From Basidiobolus meristosporus CBS 931.73 (taxonomy: Eukaryota; Fungi; Basidiobolomycota): DNA of 64,000 nt. Of the stretch, positions 34,601 through 43,724 are shown piece after piece. Within the stretch, counting starts at the first letter, position 1. Every line of letters begins with the position of its first letter. The DNA lies in NCBI GenBank assembly GCA_002104905.1, contig MCFE01000056.1:1-64000 (forward strand). The letters run 5' to 3'. The notes under the pieces were generated by a model. The model saw nothing but the letters and a program-made list of their open reading frames with translations. It did no database searches and had not been told where the DNA came from. The position numbers were made by a program, and so were the translations under genes.

Positions 34601-36404
34601 TTTCATGACCAGTCTTCGACTCGGACTTTGCAGTCGCAATTGTGCCAGACTCGGATTTCGAAGTCTCACTAGAACTATGAGACACGGTTGGCACGGTTGA
34701 CACGGTAGCCTTATGGGTCTCTGTTGCCTTTGTGCTCGCATTGGTTGTGGAGTCGTGAGTGGGGCTGTGAGTAGTCAAGCTACTAGTAGCGTGGCTTGCG
34801 GATGGCTTGCTGGATTCAGAAGACTCAACATGCTTCTGGCTCTCTGAATCACCACTCTTAACTGGTGTGGAGGTTACTTGGCTAGAGGCAGACTTGGACT
34901 TGAGGGTTTCAGTGGTGCTTGGTTCGGACTTCGATTTCTCGGTGGTGCTATGTGACACGGATGTGATGGTTGCCTTGTGAGACTCAGTGGATTTGGTTGT
35001 CTCGTGGGATACGGAGCTGTTCGCGACGCTGCGGGCACTCGAATGATCAGTTGATTCTGAATGAGCACTTGATGCAGTGGACTTGTGTGCTTCAGTACTA
35101 GAATGGCTTTCTGTTGGCTTGACTACCTTCTTGTGCTCGTTGTACCACTTACAGATCTCGGCTTGCTGTCCTTCTGCCTTCATCATGGCAAAGAATCCAC
35201 AGTCGTTGCTAATAATACACTCCAAGTTGTCTTTGAGGAACTGGCCATGGCCAGGATTGCTATCATCACAGAGACATGAGAACGAGTCAACAAAGTTGGG
35301 GCTGTGGATGTCCTGAGTGTACTTCGACCAGCACTTCTTGCCCGCCTTGAGCGAGCAGTCAGTTATGCACTTGTTGGGAGATGGGAAGGGGAAGTAGTTG
35401 GATGGTCTGGGAATCCAGGTAGGCTGAGCATCAGTGGTTGTTGGGGCTTCTGAAGTCTGGGAGCTCACTGAGGAGCCATGCGCTGCAGAGGTGGTTGTGG
35501 TGCTGTGAGATACGGGGGCCTTGCTCTCTGAGCGAGATTCGGTGTGATGCTCACTCGCCGACTCGATGCTCTTGGTAGATGAATGAGGTGCGTAACTCAT
35601 GGTGACCTTGCTGGACACGGAACTCTCAACATGCTTCTGGCTCTTTGAGTCGCTGCTCTTAATAGGCTTAGAAGACATTTGGCTACCCATAGACTTGGGT
35701 TTTAAAGTCTTACTAGAGCTATCTGATATAGTAATGTGGTGAGTTTGTGTTGATTTGGTTGTCTCGTTAGCTGTGGAGTCATGTGCATCACTGTGTTTAG
35801 TTGGGTTTTCAGTTGCAGGAATCGAAGTAGTCGTACTGATAGATTCGGCTTTTGAAGCTTCTATAGAACTTTGTGCTCTTTGTGATGAAGTACCATCTTC
35901 GGACTTCACACTTTTAACCGTACTAGTAGAGTCGATTGATGGCTCGGAGGCTGCTGAACTACTATGTATCGATGAATCGATCGATTTGGTACTAGCTGTA
36001 GGCTGAGAGATCCGACTTGTAGTGCTTCGTACAGACTTAATAGTTGAGGACAACGTATGTGGTTTTACCGTGGGCTTGTGCTCTTGGTACCAATCACATA
36101 CAGTGCTGTTATTGCTTTGGTAGTCAGACCAATCAATCCAATGCCAATAGCAATTGTTGGAATAACAGTTTGACACTTCATTGGTGTACTCGGTAGTTTT
36201 GTAGCTACTGCCGCATTGGCAGGACAAGGATTCGATAAAGTGCGGATTGCTTGGATCAAGCGTGTAATCAGGCAGACACTTCTGACCGGCTTGCATAAAA
36301 CACTGTTCAAGACAACTGCCGAAGTTCATGTTGGGAGGGTTGGCGGATGCTGAAACGACAGCAGCCATTGTAAGGCCAGTGACGGCCTTGGTAGTAATAT
36401 GCAT
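28683..36404 (-). CDS. Array gene 2 (~2573 aa from ATG 36404): signal + six 8-Cys CFEM-like domains + stalk + CBM19-like module
   Basis: Starts MHITTKA like gene 1; five internal TWIPRPSNYFPF-Cys-domain units; ends IICDWA. Confidence 0.88.
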   Translation of the reverse strand: MHITTKAVTGLTMAAVVSASANPPNMNFGSCLEQCFMQAGQKCLPDYTLDPSNPHFIESLSCQCGSSYKTTEYTNEVSNCYSNNCYWHWIDWSDYQSNNSTVCDWYQEHKPTVKPHTLSSTIKSVRSTTSRISQPTASTKSIDSSIHSSSAASEPSIDSTSTVKSVKSEDGTSSQRAQSSIEASKAESISTTTSIPATENPTKHSDAHDSTANETTKSTQTHHITISDSSSKTLKPKSMGSQMSSKPIKSSDSKSQKHVESSVSSKVTMSYAPHSSTKSIESASEHHTESRSESKAPVSHSTTTTSAAHGSSVSSQTSEAPTTTDAQPTWIPRPSNYFPFPSPNKCITDCSLKAGKKCWSKYTQDIHSPNFVDSFSCLCDDSNPGHGQFLKDNLECIISNDCGFFAMMKAEGQQAEICKWYNEHKKVVKPTESHSSTEAHKSTASSAHSESTDHSSARSVANSSVSHETTKSTESHKATITSVSHSTTEKSKSEPSTTETLKSKSASSQVTSTPVKSGDSESQKHVESSESSKPSASHATSSLTTHSPTHDSTTNASTKATETHKATVSTVPTVSHSSSETSKSESGTIATAKSESKTGHESSTPIKSSESKSQKHVETSVSSKATSSYAPHSSAKSTESASQHHTESHSESKAAVSHSTTTTSAAHGSSVSSETSEAPTTTDAQPTWIPRPSNYFPFPSPNKCITDCSLKAGKKCWSKYTQDIHSPNFVDSFSCLCDDSNPGHGQFLKDNLECIVSNDCGFFAMMEAEGQEAEICKWYNEHKKVVKPTESHSSTEAHKSTASSAHSESTDHSSARSVANSSASHETTKSTESHKATNTSVSHSTIEKSKSEPSTTETLKSKSASSQVTSAPVKSGDSESQKHVETSESSKPSASHATSSLTTHSSTHHSTTNENTKATETHKATVSTVSHSSSKTSKSESSTVATAKSESKTGHESSTPIKSSESKSQKHVETSVSSKATSSYTPHSSTESTESASQHHTESRSESKAAVSHSTTTTSATHGSSVSSETSEAPTTTDAQPTWIPRPSNYFPFPSPNKCITDCSLKAGKKCWSKYTQDIHSPNFVDSFSCLCDDSNPGHGQFLKDNLECIVSNDCGFFAMMEAEGQEAEICKWYNEHKKVVKPTESHSSTEAHKSTASSAHSESTDHSSARSVANSSVSHETTKSTESHKATNTSVSHGTIEKSKSEPSTTETLKSKSASSQVTSAPVKSGDSESQKHVESSESSKPSASHATSSLTTHSSTHHSTTKENTKATETHKATVSAVSAVSTVSRSSSETSKSESSTVATAKSESKTGHESSTPIKSSESKSQKHVETSVSSKATSSYAPHSSAKSTESASQHHTESHSESKAAVSHSTTTTSVAHGSSVSSETSEAPTTTDAQPTWIPRPSNYFPFPSPNKCITDCSLKAGKKCWSKYTQDIHSPNFVDSFSCLCDDSNPGHGQFLKDNLECIVSNDCGFFAMMEAEGQEAEICKWYNEHKKVVKPTESHSSTEARKSSASSAHSESTDHSSARSVANSSVSHETTKSTESHKATITSVSHSTIEKSKSEPSTTETLKSKSASSQVTSTPVKSGDSESQKHVETSESSKPSASHATSSLTTHSSTHHSTTKENTKATETHKATVSTVPTVSHSSSETSKSESSTVATAKSESKTGHESSTPIKSSESKSQKHVETSVSSKATSSYAPHSSAKSTESASQHHTESHSESKAAVSHSTTTTSAARDSSMSSETSEAPTTTDAQPTWIPRPSNYFPFPSPNKCITDCSLKAGKKCWSKYTQDIHSPNFVDSFSCLCDDSNPGHDQFLKDNLECIISNDCGFFAMMEAEGQEAEICKWYNEHKKVVKPTESHSSTENPKSSASSVHPKSTEHSTVGNITHDSASHETTKVTESHKATESRSVASQTTIRTMKSSASKSHKHVVTSMTSKVISSQATTSSNESTKFNTQQHTESHSENENRKSSVPNVHSVPTGRSSIHSATTHSASHESLKSTESHKAIETPISHSSSEALRPAVSTTETIESKSTASQSISGEHSKSAEHSTVHSIAHVSTSHETAKSTETHLVSRTSIKSESTEAHKPTDSSASSSSVVTTKPHGSTKATESQHTAQTTGKHHSTESPKATTVKASDTLEPTETIKSHQQTVAPESHKPNMTAKSSKSLESSSHVKPTEATESHKDTEPKTVHQSTDSTKAHKSTANVESHKPTVVSGSHKATESHMTSETSDAHKSTDTLESRRSVPTSEAHKASEISSAHKSNAITSSHKATETTQSHMTSETSNTHRPVDTVETHQPTVTSESHQTSKTVETGNIHKPTETAESHKDTEHHTAHKSTETPDSHRSFETSVSSKAKAVSESNKSTETAVAHRSMETTESHETHRPTETTETVKSHEEHETISVPKATETHESPKSTVVQTGTKSSESHKVTETSEATVPKETHKASATTEAHKDSHITAHTTDESKSGSATSHPTTSIAPPSCIPNPNTVTITTTVTVTPVETLASHSQSPKPTEASCINGTYECVDSGYSPVFTVCANGKQIRNTCAAGTVCMNFQGSIICDWA
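30730..35640 (-). repeat. Intragenic tandem array of ~1.07 kb units (five Cys-domain copies); ends approximate
   Basis: Marker gggaatccaggtagg at 31113, 32187, 33270, 34335 and 35409 (spacings 1074, 1083, 1065, 1074). Confidence 0.9.
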
Positions 36405-38379
36405 TTTGCGGGTTACTCTTTGGGCCTTCGCTAACTTACAAGTAGTTAGCAATGTGGTATTTATATGATTTGGCTTTTAAATTCAAACGTTGCATAAATA
36501 TCTTGGCATTTTCGTCGTATGCGATCTGGAACCAACGTTATGTTGACAGTATTTCAAATGTTGATAATATTTGCTCTGTTCCCTGACCTCGAAGTCACTC
36601 CCAGACTGCACCTTACCTGTACTAGATTCTATTGAAATCAACACACATGGATGTCCCAAATCGATTAACCCATTAGGGAAATCTCAGCATAATTGTGATG
36701 AATGAGGAATTAGACAAAGTCAGTTAAAACTGCTCGTTTGCTCGTAATAACCATGGATTGTTCTTTAAATTTCTTGTAGGTGTTTGTGAATTGTATATAA
36801 TCTACTAGTACAACAGGATGGCATTTACTCTTACTATTCAAGTCACAACAAAATGATACGACATCACGATTTATGTCGGCTTGCCTAGTCTAACAAAGAG
36901 AAGATAGGCTGGTGTAGAACAGATGGCCCAGATTTCGGTATCCAACCATGGAATGGCTCTGTGTTACACCCAGAACGCCTACTTGGGACTGATTTTTTTT
37001 CCAAGGATCGGATGACGAATATATCAATCACATTGCAAATTCCCATGGGATCAGATGGAAGGTATCATATTATAGGAATGCTGAATAGTAACGAAGTGAA
37101 TGGCGTGATATTACAAAGTAACCGAAATGTCAATAATTCCGTTTATGCGAGGTAACTGATCAGCAGTCAAAAAGACAATATCACAAAGTCACAGGCCGAA
37201 TCTACTCTAACGGCTACCAAGTTAGCGGTACTTGGTGATGCAGAGCAATGATATTTATATAAGTGCATCATCCTTCCCCAGCAACTTTATTAAGGCGATC
37301 CGTTTGTTTACATCAGCCCACTTTGCTTCAAATAGTGCAAATGCTTATTCTTTGAACATTTACGTTTGTTGCACCAAGTTTTCGCAAGTACACTTTCGGA
37401 AGGATCATATGGACAATCCGAGTTTCTGGAGTAACTCTGATTATTTCAAGTATGATGTTTAAATTTCATCAGTTTGCTGGTTGTTTATTTCTCTTATCTC
37501 TAGAAGTTTCTTTGGTACAACCACCAATACCCCTTTATCGCTATCCTACCTACACCCAGTCCTAGACTTCCCTTATATTCGGCTATCACCAATATGTACT
37601 CAATATGGTTGTCGAAGTCAGGAACAGATGTTCACCAGGCCACTCATTACCAATGATGGAACGAAACGTGCTCATGAGCTAACTGTCTAGAGTTTAAGAG
37701 CCAGTGAACAGCGTTGAGATACCCAAGTTTAGCATACACCGATGTACATCAGATTAGCATACATAGATGTACCATCATTTATTACAAATTGTATGGGCTC
37801 CGTATTGTAATTAGTCATACAGCTTGCTACTTTGTACTGGGTGCTTTGTCATATACCAGATAAACCAAAGTCGTAACATTTTCCCTATTAGGCATTGAGG
37901 TCTACCTGTATTCTGCATGCAAAATGCCCGATTTTGTTTGTTTTGATTTAGACACCGATCCGAGCTAATTCTATTGGTGGTGTCGATCGATCTGATGGAT
38001 CGGGATGACTTAGCCGAGATCATGCACCTAACTATTTCAGGAAGCTACAGGAGTGAGGCACTACAGAATTTGGAATGTTCATCCTATGACAATGGTGCTT
38101 CTAATTTTATCCTCCGAATGGTCCTTCTAGGCCGCCGCCTATTCATAGCAACTCGTCCTCTAAGCATAAATTCAATAAGAGCACTTCGCCTCATACGGAG
38201 TGTGCATAATTTACACTTGATTGTCAACCGAGGTTAAATATGACGTATAAGCTGATGGGAATTTAGGATGGAATCCATGCTTTTGGATTTTATTTCAAAA
38301 AGATGACCAATATTCTATGAGTGCTAGCTCAAAAAATCAATTATTTTACAAGAAAGGCAAAGACGTTATTCCAGATCGC

Positions 38380-39903
38380 TTAAGCCCAGTCACAGATGAT
38401 GGAGCCTTGGAAGGGCTTGCACACGGTACCTGGGGCACAGGCTTGGGTGAAAACTCTACCGTTGGCGCAGACAGTGAATTTGTCGGATTTACCACCGTCA
38501 ACGCACTTGTAGGTGCCGTTAACACAGGAGCCTTCAGTTGGCTTGGGGTGGGATCCAGCAGCAACGGTGACGGTCTTGGTCTTGGTCACAGTGACTGGAA
38601 CACATGGCTTAGTGGGCTTGGGAGTCTCAACAGGCTTGTGGGTCTCAGTAACTTTGTGAGTCTCGGTAGTTTTGTGGGTTTCAACAGGCTTGTGAGTCTC
38701 GGTAGTCTTGTGAGTCTCAGTGTCCTTGTGGGTTTCGGTGGTCTTGTGAGTCTCAGTGTCCTTGTGGGTTTCGGTGGTCTTGTGAGTCTCAGTGTCCTTG
38801 TGGGTTTCGGTGGTCTTGTGAGCCTCGGTATCCTTGTGGGTTTCGGTGGTCTTGTGAGCCTCAGTATCCTTGTGGGTTTCGGTGGCCTTGTGAGTCTCGG
38901 AAGCCTTGTCAGTGGCGGTGGTCTTGACAGTTTCAGTAGCCTTGGTAGTAGATTCAGACTTGACGCTTTCGGTGGATTTATGGCTCTCGGTCTTCTCGGT
39001 AGAGGTGGTCTCCTTGGACTCGGTGGTCTTATGAGATTCAGTAGTCTTGGGGGTCTCAGTAGATTTATGAGATTCAGTGGACTTGTGAGTCTCGGTGGAC
39101 TTCTCAGTCTCAGTGGACTTGTGGGTCTCGGTGGACTTCTCGGTCTCAGTAGATTTGGGAGACTCGGTAGACTTCTCAGTCTCAGTGGACTTGTGGGTCT
39201 CGGTGGACTTCTCGGTCTCGGTAGACTTGTGAGACTCGGTGGACTTCTCGGTCTCGGTAGACTTGTGAGACTCGGTGGACTTCTCGGTCTCGGTAGACTT
39301 GTGAGACTCGGTGGACTTCTCGGTCTCGGTAGACTTGTGGGTCTCAGTGGACTTCTCGGTCTCAGTAGACTTGGGAGACTCGGTGGACTTCTCAGTCTCA
39401 GTGGACTTGTGGGTCTCGGTGGTCTCGGTGGACTTCTCAGTCTCGGTAGACTTGTGGGTCTCAGTGGACTTCTCGGTCTCGGTAGACTTGTGGGTCTCAG
39501 TAGACTTCTCGGTCTCAGTAGGCTTATGGGTCTCGGTAGACTTCTCGGTCTCAGTGGACTGGTGGGTCTCGGTAACACTAGGTTGGGGTACCCAGGAGCT
39601 ATAGACACTGCAGGTCATAGGAGCGAGTGCCTTGTAAGAAGCAACAGCGTTAGCATTACACTTAGAGTCAATGAAGCATTGGTCTCTGTCGTTAATGAAA
39701 GTCTTCTGGGCTGGATTGCTGTCATCGCAAAGGCAGCCTAGAGATTCATTATAGTTGGCACTGTTTTGATCCATAGTGTATTTAGGAGTGCACTTGAGGC
39801 CAGCCTTCTCTACACACTTGTTGATACAGATATCAGGGTTTTCCCAAGCAGTGGCAACAGTTGCGGCAGCAAGGCCGGCAAGAACTTTGAGAGAGAAATG
39901 CAT
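38380..39903 (-). CDS. Array gene 3 (507 aa): signal + 8-Cys domain + TETEKS/TETHKS hexamer stalk + CBM19-like module
   Basis: Single ORF with the same terminal modules; 18-bp repeat stalk. Confidence 0.9.
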   Translation of the reverse strand: MHFSLKVLAGLAAATVATAWENPDICINKCVEKAGLKCTPKYTMDQNSANYNESLGCLCDDSNPAQKTFINDRDQCFIDSKCNANAVASYKALAPMTCSVYSSWVPQPSVTETHQSTETEKSTETHKPTETEKSTETHKSTETEKSTETHKSTETEKSTETTETHKSTETEKSTESPKSTETEKSTETHKSTETEKSTESHKSTETEKSTESHKSTETEKSTESHKSTETEKSTETHKSTETEKSTESPKSTETEKSTETHKSTETEKSTETHKSTESHKSTETPKTTESHKTTESKETTSTEKTESHKSTESVKSESTTKATETVKTTATDKASETHKATETHKDTEAHKTTETHKDTEAHKTTETHKDTETHKTTETHKDTETHKTTETHKDTETHKTTETHKPVETHKTTETHKVTETHKPVETPKPTKPCVPVTVTKTKTVTVAAGSHPKPTEGSCVNGTYKCVDGGKSDKFTVCANGRVFTQACAPGTVCKPFQGSIICDWA

Positions 39904-41459
39904 GATTGCAGCGTCGGTTAATGCCCTACAATAGGATCCAAGGCAGTGCTTATATAGCTGTAGGCTCCTCTATATTCTGGGACTTATTTAGGAAACCCGT
40001 TCACTCGCCGTTGGTGGAAAACATCTCATAACAAACGGAGGGAAGAAGTCCAAATAGACTCTCTCAACTAAAAGATTGAAATTCAATCGATTAAATTAAT
40101 CGGTATACTAATGGAATAATACTAGTCCGTGGTTTCTAACTTTTACATGCCGTTAAGCATTCGACTGCCTTGCGCCACTTCCGCACAAGAAAGGAATTTG
40201 TTGGATCACCTTAGGATCCCCATACTTGGATGATAGAGTTTCGAATTTAATTATTTGGATATCCAATGAGCTTCCCTGAATCAGTGCCGTTTGGCAAGTT
40301 GGTAGAAGATTGAACCCTGGTTTAAGATAAGGAGGAGAATTGCTGTTGTCTCTGGTTGGCTTTTGGTTGCTCAGTTCTTGGGTTTGCTTGCTTTTTTTAG
40401 GTTCGGGACTGGCTTGATATATTATTCATAATGTAATCGGATAACACAAAAGTGGTGAAAGTTTCGATTTCTATCAAAAATACATGGGCCTCTAAGCCAT
40501 TTGATCAATATCGTTCTATTCTCATTGTTGCTACCGTAGTGGAATGCAAGAATGCCATGCCTCCCGACTATCAGGCAATGTTTAGTACTTTTTTTGACAG
40601 CGTAATGACTCAGCACACATTTTTATCGAAGCAAATATAATTTGCTGTCAGTTTAAACCTGAAGTTAGATATGATCGCTATGGTGATTTGATAACACATG
40701 AGTTACAGCGATATAATGCTAAAATCGTACCTTTTTGTACATAATTTGAAACTATAAATAACTGTTGACCTTACACAGGAGATGTATTCAAGTATATCAC
40801 AATTTGAGTCATCTTTAGTAGATGGCAGTTTTACTCCGATATCCAATATGGTGCTTAATATACACATTTCAAGAGCAGGCTAATCGGTCCTGCGCTGTGT
40901 ATTTACGTCTGAGTGTTAAGAAGGCATTATGCTTCGTATAGTTAGAATTGGAAATAAGCTCTTATTTTTGAAATCATTTTTGAAGCAACTAAAATGCGAA
41001 ATTCATAACATTTAAAATACCCACTAGACAATATCCCTAATATATGGGCGATTAGAAGGTCAATTGCAACAACCTCCATCAGTGATCCAAGTGCTCAAAA
41101 TCATACACATTCATTGTGATTTGCAGTGTTTGGATGAACGTGTAACACCTTGCTGGTACCGTATTTGTGGTAAACCTTGTACTTAAGCCTAACTACTTAT
41201 TTTGAATTGCTCACTTAGGTCATACTATATAAAGCCAACATTTTGTGATCAAATTATATGACAATTTGACTACAATTACTAAATATTGTAACTCTGGTGG
41301 TTACACCTAGATATTCACTGGTTTTACTTGCTTGGCTTATAGCCTACAAATATTGAAGTATTTCACTCATATTCCTTGTTGAGATTTACTGATTATACTT
41401 TGCCAAAATATCATATACCATGGACACATAATCTCAAGGTTGTCCAAAGTGCTCAACTT

Positions 41460-41804
41460 TGTTAGAGTTTGGGGATACTGGAAGTGATTGGGAGAACAAG
41501 TAGATTACATGGATTTCACTTAATGATTTATTAAGTGTAAAAGGGGTATTTTTACTTTCATATAGTCTTGGCAATACAAACATGTCAAATATGTTTAGAA
41601 AGATCCTAAGAGTATTTGTGCAAAGTTTTGAGCAGTTTGAACAACTGTGAGAACTCTCATGTTCTGAGTACCTGATGTTTTGGTAAAAAGATTTCAGGTA
41701 AATCCCTTCAAGGAAATTGGTCAGTAATTTATAAGATTTGTAGGTAATGTTCCAAGTGACTAAGTCAGGTGGATATTCAGGTGGAATTGCAGACTTCTAT
41801 AACA
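41460..41804 (-). repeat. Degenerate LTR of the local copia family (start approximate)
   Basis: Decayed match to 43725-44074. Confidence 0.65.
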
Positions 41805-42081
41805 CCAAAGGCTTTGCACACATGTTTTTTAGATTTTCCTGAGCATATTTTATGTGTTTCCCTTGCCAAGACTTTGTAAAAGTACAAATGTCACTTTGTA
41901 ACAGTTAACCACCAGGCAAAATCCTCATTATCCATTTGCACTCCTGATTACATCCAATACCTCCAAGCTCTTACTGTGGATTATGAGTCTCAAGATGTCA
42001 CTCTCTGGAATTTATACTACTGCTGCCACTTGAGATTTCTGTTTTAGGAGTCTTGGGGATATTAGAAGTGATTGGGAAAAT

Positions 42082-42432
42082 TGTTGTAAGAGTCTTGGAG
42101 ATACTGGAAGTGATCTGGGAGGACAAGTAGATTATGTGGTTTTCACTTAATGATATATTGAATGTAAAAGTAGTATTTATGCTTTTACATGGTCTTGGCA
42201 TTACAAACATGTAGAATAGGTTAAGGAAGGTCCCAAAAACCTGTGTGCAAAGTTTGGGGCTGTTTGGACAACTTTGAGAATTTTTCTTGTTCTGGGTACC
42301 TAATATTATGGTGAGAATATTCTAAGTAAATCCCAACAAAGAATTTGGTCAGTATTCCCTAAGATTTGAAGGTGGTGATCTAAGTGACTAAGTCAGGTGA
42401 ATATTCAGGTGGACTTACAAATTTTGACAACA
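42082..42432 (-). repeat. Copia-family 3' LTR of an older truncated copy
   Basis: TGTTGTAAG...GACAACA, with a decayed PPT (ctcacactcag) adjacent. Confidence 0.85.
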
Positions 42433-43724
42433 CTCACACTCAGGTCAGAATTAGGACCAGTCAGTGTAAACATTTAGCTAAGATATTCAAACTTGTCTCT
42501 AGCTAATGGTTTGGTAAATATGTCTGCAATCATTTCATCTGAAGGACAGTAAACTAAGCTAACTAAGTTATTCTCTGAAGCTTCACATATGAAATGATGT
42601 CTAATATCTGTGTTCTTAGCTCTAACATGAAAAGTTGGATTTCTACTTAACAGTATACATCCTTGATTATCTTGAAATAAAGTAATGGTGTTTTTTGACA
42701 TAGGCCTAAATCCATAAAAGGCGTTCTTAACCACACTGCTTCTTTTGTAGCTTCACAGGCTGCCATATACTCTGCCTCTTTGGTGGAAAGTGCTATGGTT
42801 GGTTGCTTTCTTGAATTCCATGAAATTACTCCTTGACAGTATTGATAGGTTTATCCTGTTGTGGATCTTCTGACTTCTAAATTTTGTCCCCAATCAGAAT
42901 CAGAGTATCCCACAAGATTCTGTTCTGAATCCTTATAAGTGTATCTTGAGCAGACATCAGCAGTTCCTTTTAGATATCTAAAAATCTGCTAAACTGCTGC
43001 AATATGATCAGATCCATAGTTCTGATTATGCTGGTTGACACCTCCAACTGAATATGAGTTATCTGGACATGTTCCAAGCATGCATACATCAGACTGCTGA
43101 CTATAGATTGATAAGGAAAGTTAGGGCTTTTAGATGGCACTAAGGTCTCTTAATTTGGTTGAGTTTTGACCAAGTTAAGGCTTGTCTCCATTGGGGTAGC
43201 TGCCAGTTTACAGTCTTCCATTTGGTACTTCTTTAGTATATCTTGAATATACTTGGATTGGCTTAGGGTGATAGTCTAGGTACTTCTGTCTATGGCAAAC
43301 ATTATCCCTAAGTAGTAACTGAGTTCTCCTAGATTGGACATCTTGAACTCTTTAGATAGGCTGGATTTAGTCTGTTCCAATGTTGCTAGGTAATTGGTGG
43401 CTACAATAAGATTATCCACATATAGAGCCAATAGAACTGGATTTGCCCTATCTGACTCATAGTATATACTATAGTCAGCATTACTCCTCTTGAAACTCAA
43501 AGATTCCAAATAATAATCCATCTTACAATTCCAGGCTCTGGGTGATTGTTTGAGTCCTTAAAGGGATTTTTTAAGCTTGCAGACCAAATGGGGGTTATCT
43601 TGGTCAACAAACCCATCTTGCTGGTCAATATACACATCCTTGTTAGGATATCCATTCCAAAATGCAGCTTTTACATCCATTTGATGTATAAAGAACTTAT
43701 ATTTTGCTGCAGTAGCCAACATTA
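42433..43724 (-). pseudogene. Degenerate copia RT/RNase H fragment
   Basis: Colinear with ~44075-45370 but with frameshifts, stops and loss of CpG. Confidence 0.9.

Noticed and set aside
23213-36310. Dozens of short ORFs within array genes 1 and 2
   Set aside because: Repeated shadow ORFs generated by the tandem repeats.
38317-39741. 474-aa plus-strand GLVSL-repeat ORF (also 51884-52750, 52191-52718, 38586-39608)
   Set aside because: Antisense or alternate-frame shadows of the 18-bp repeat stalks; the repeat lacks stops in several frames.
40200-40215. GGATCACCTT resembling the 16S rRNA 3' end
   Set aside because: Isolated 10-mer with no surrounding rRNA sequence.
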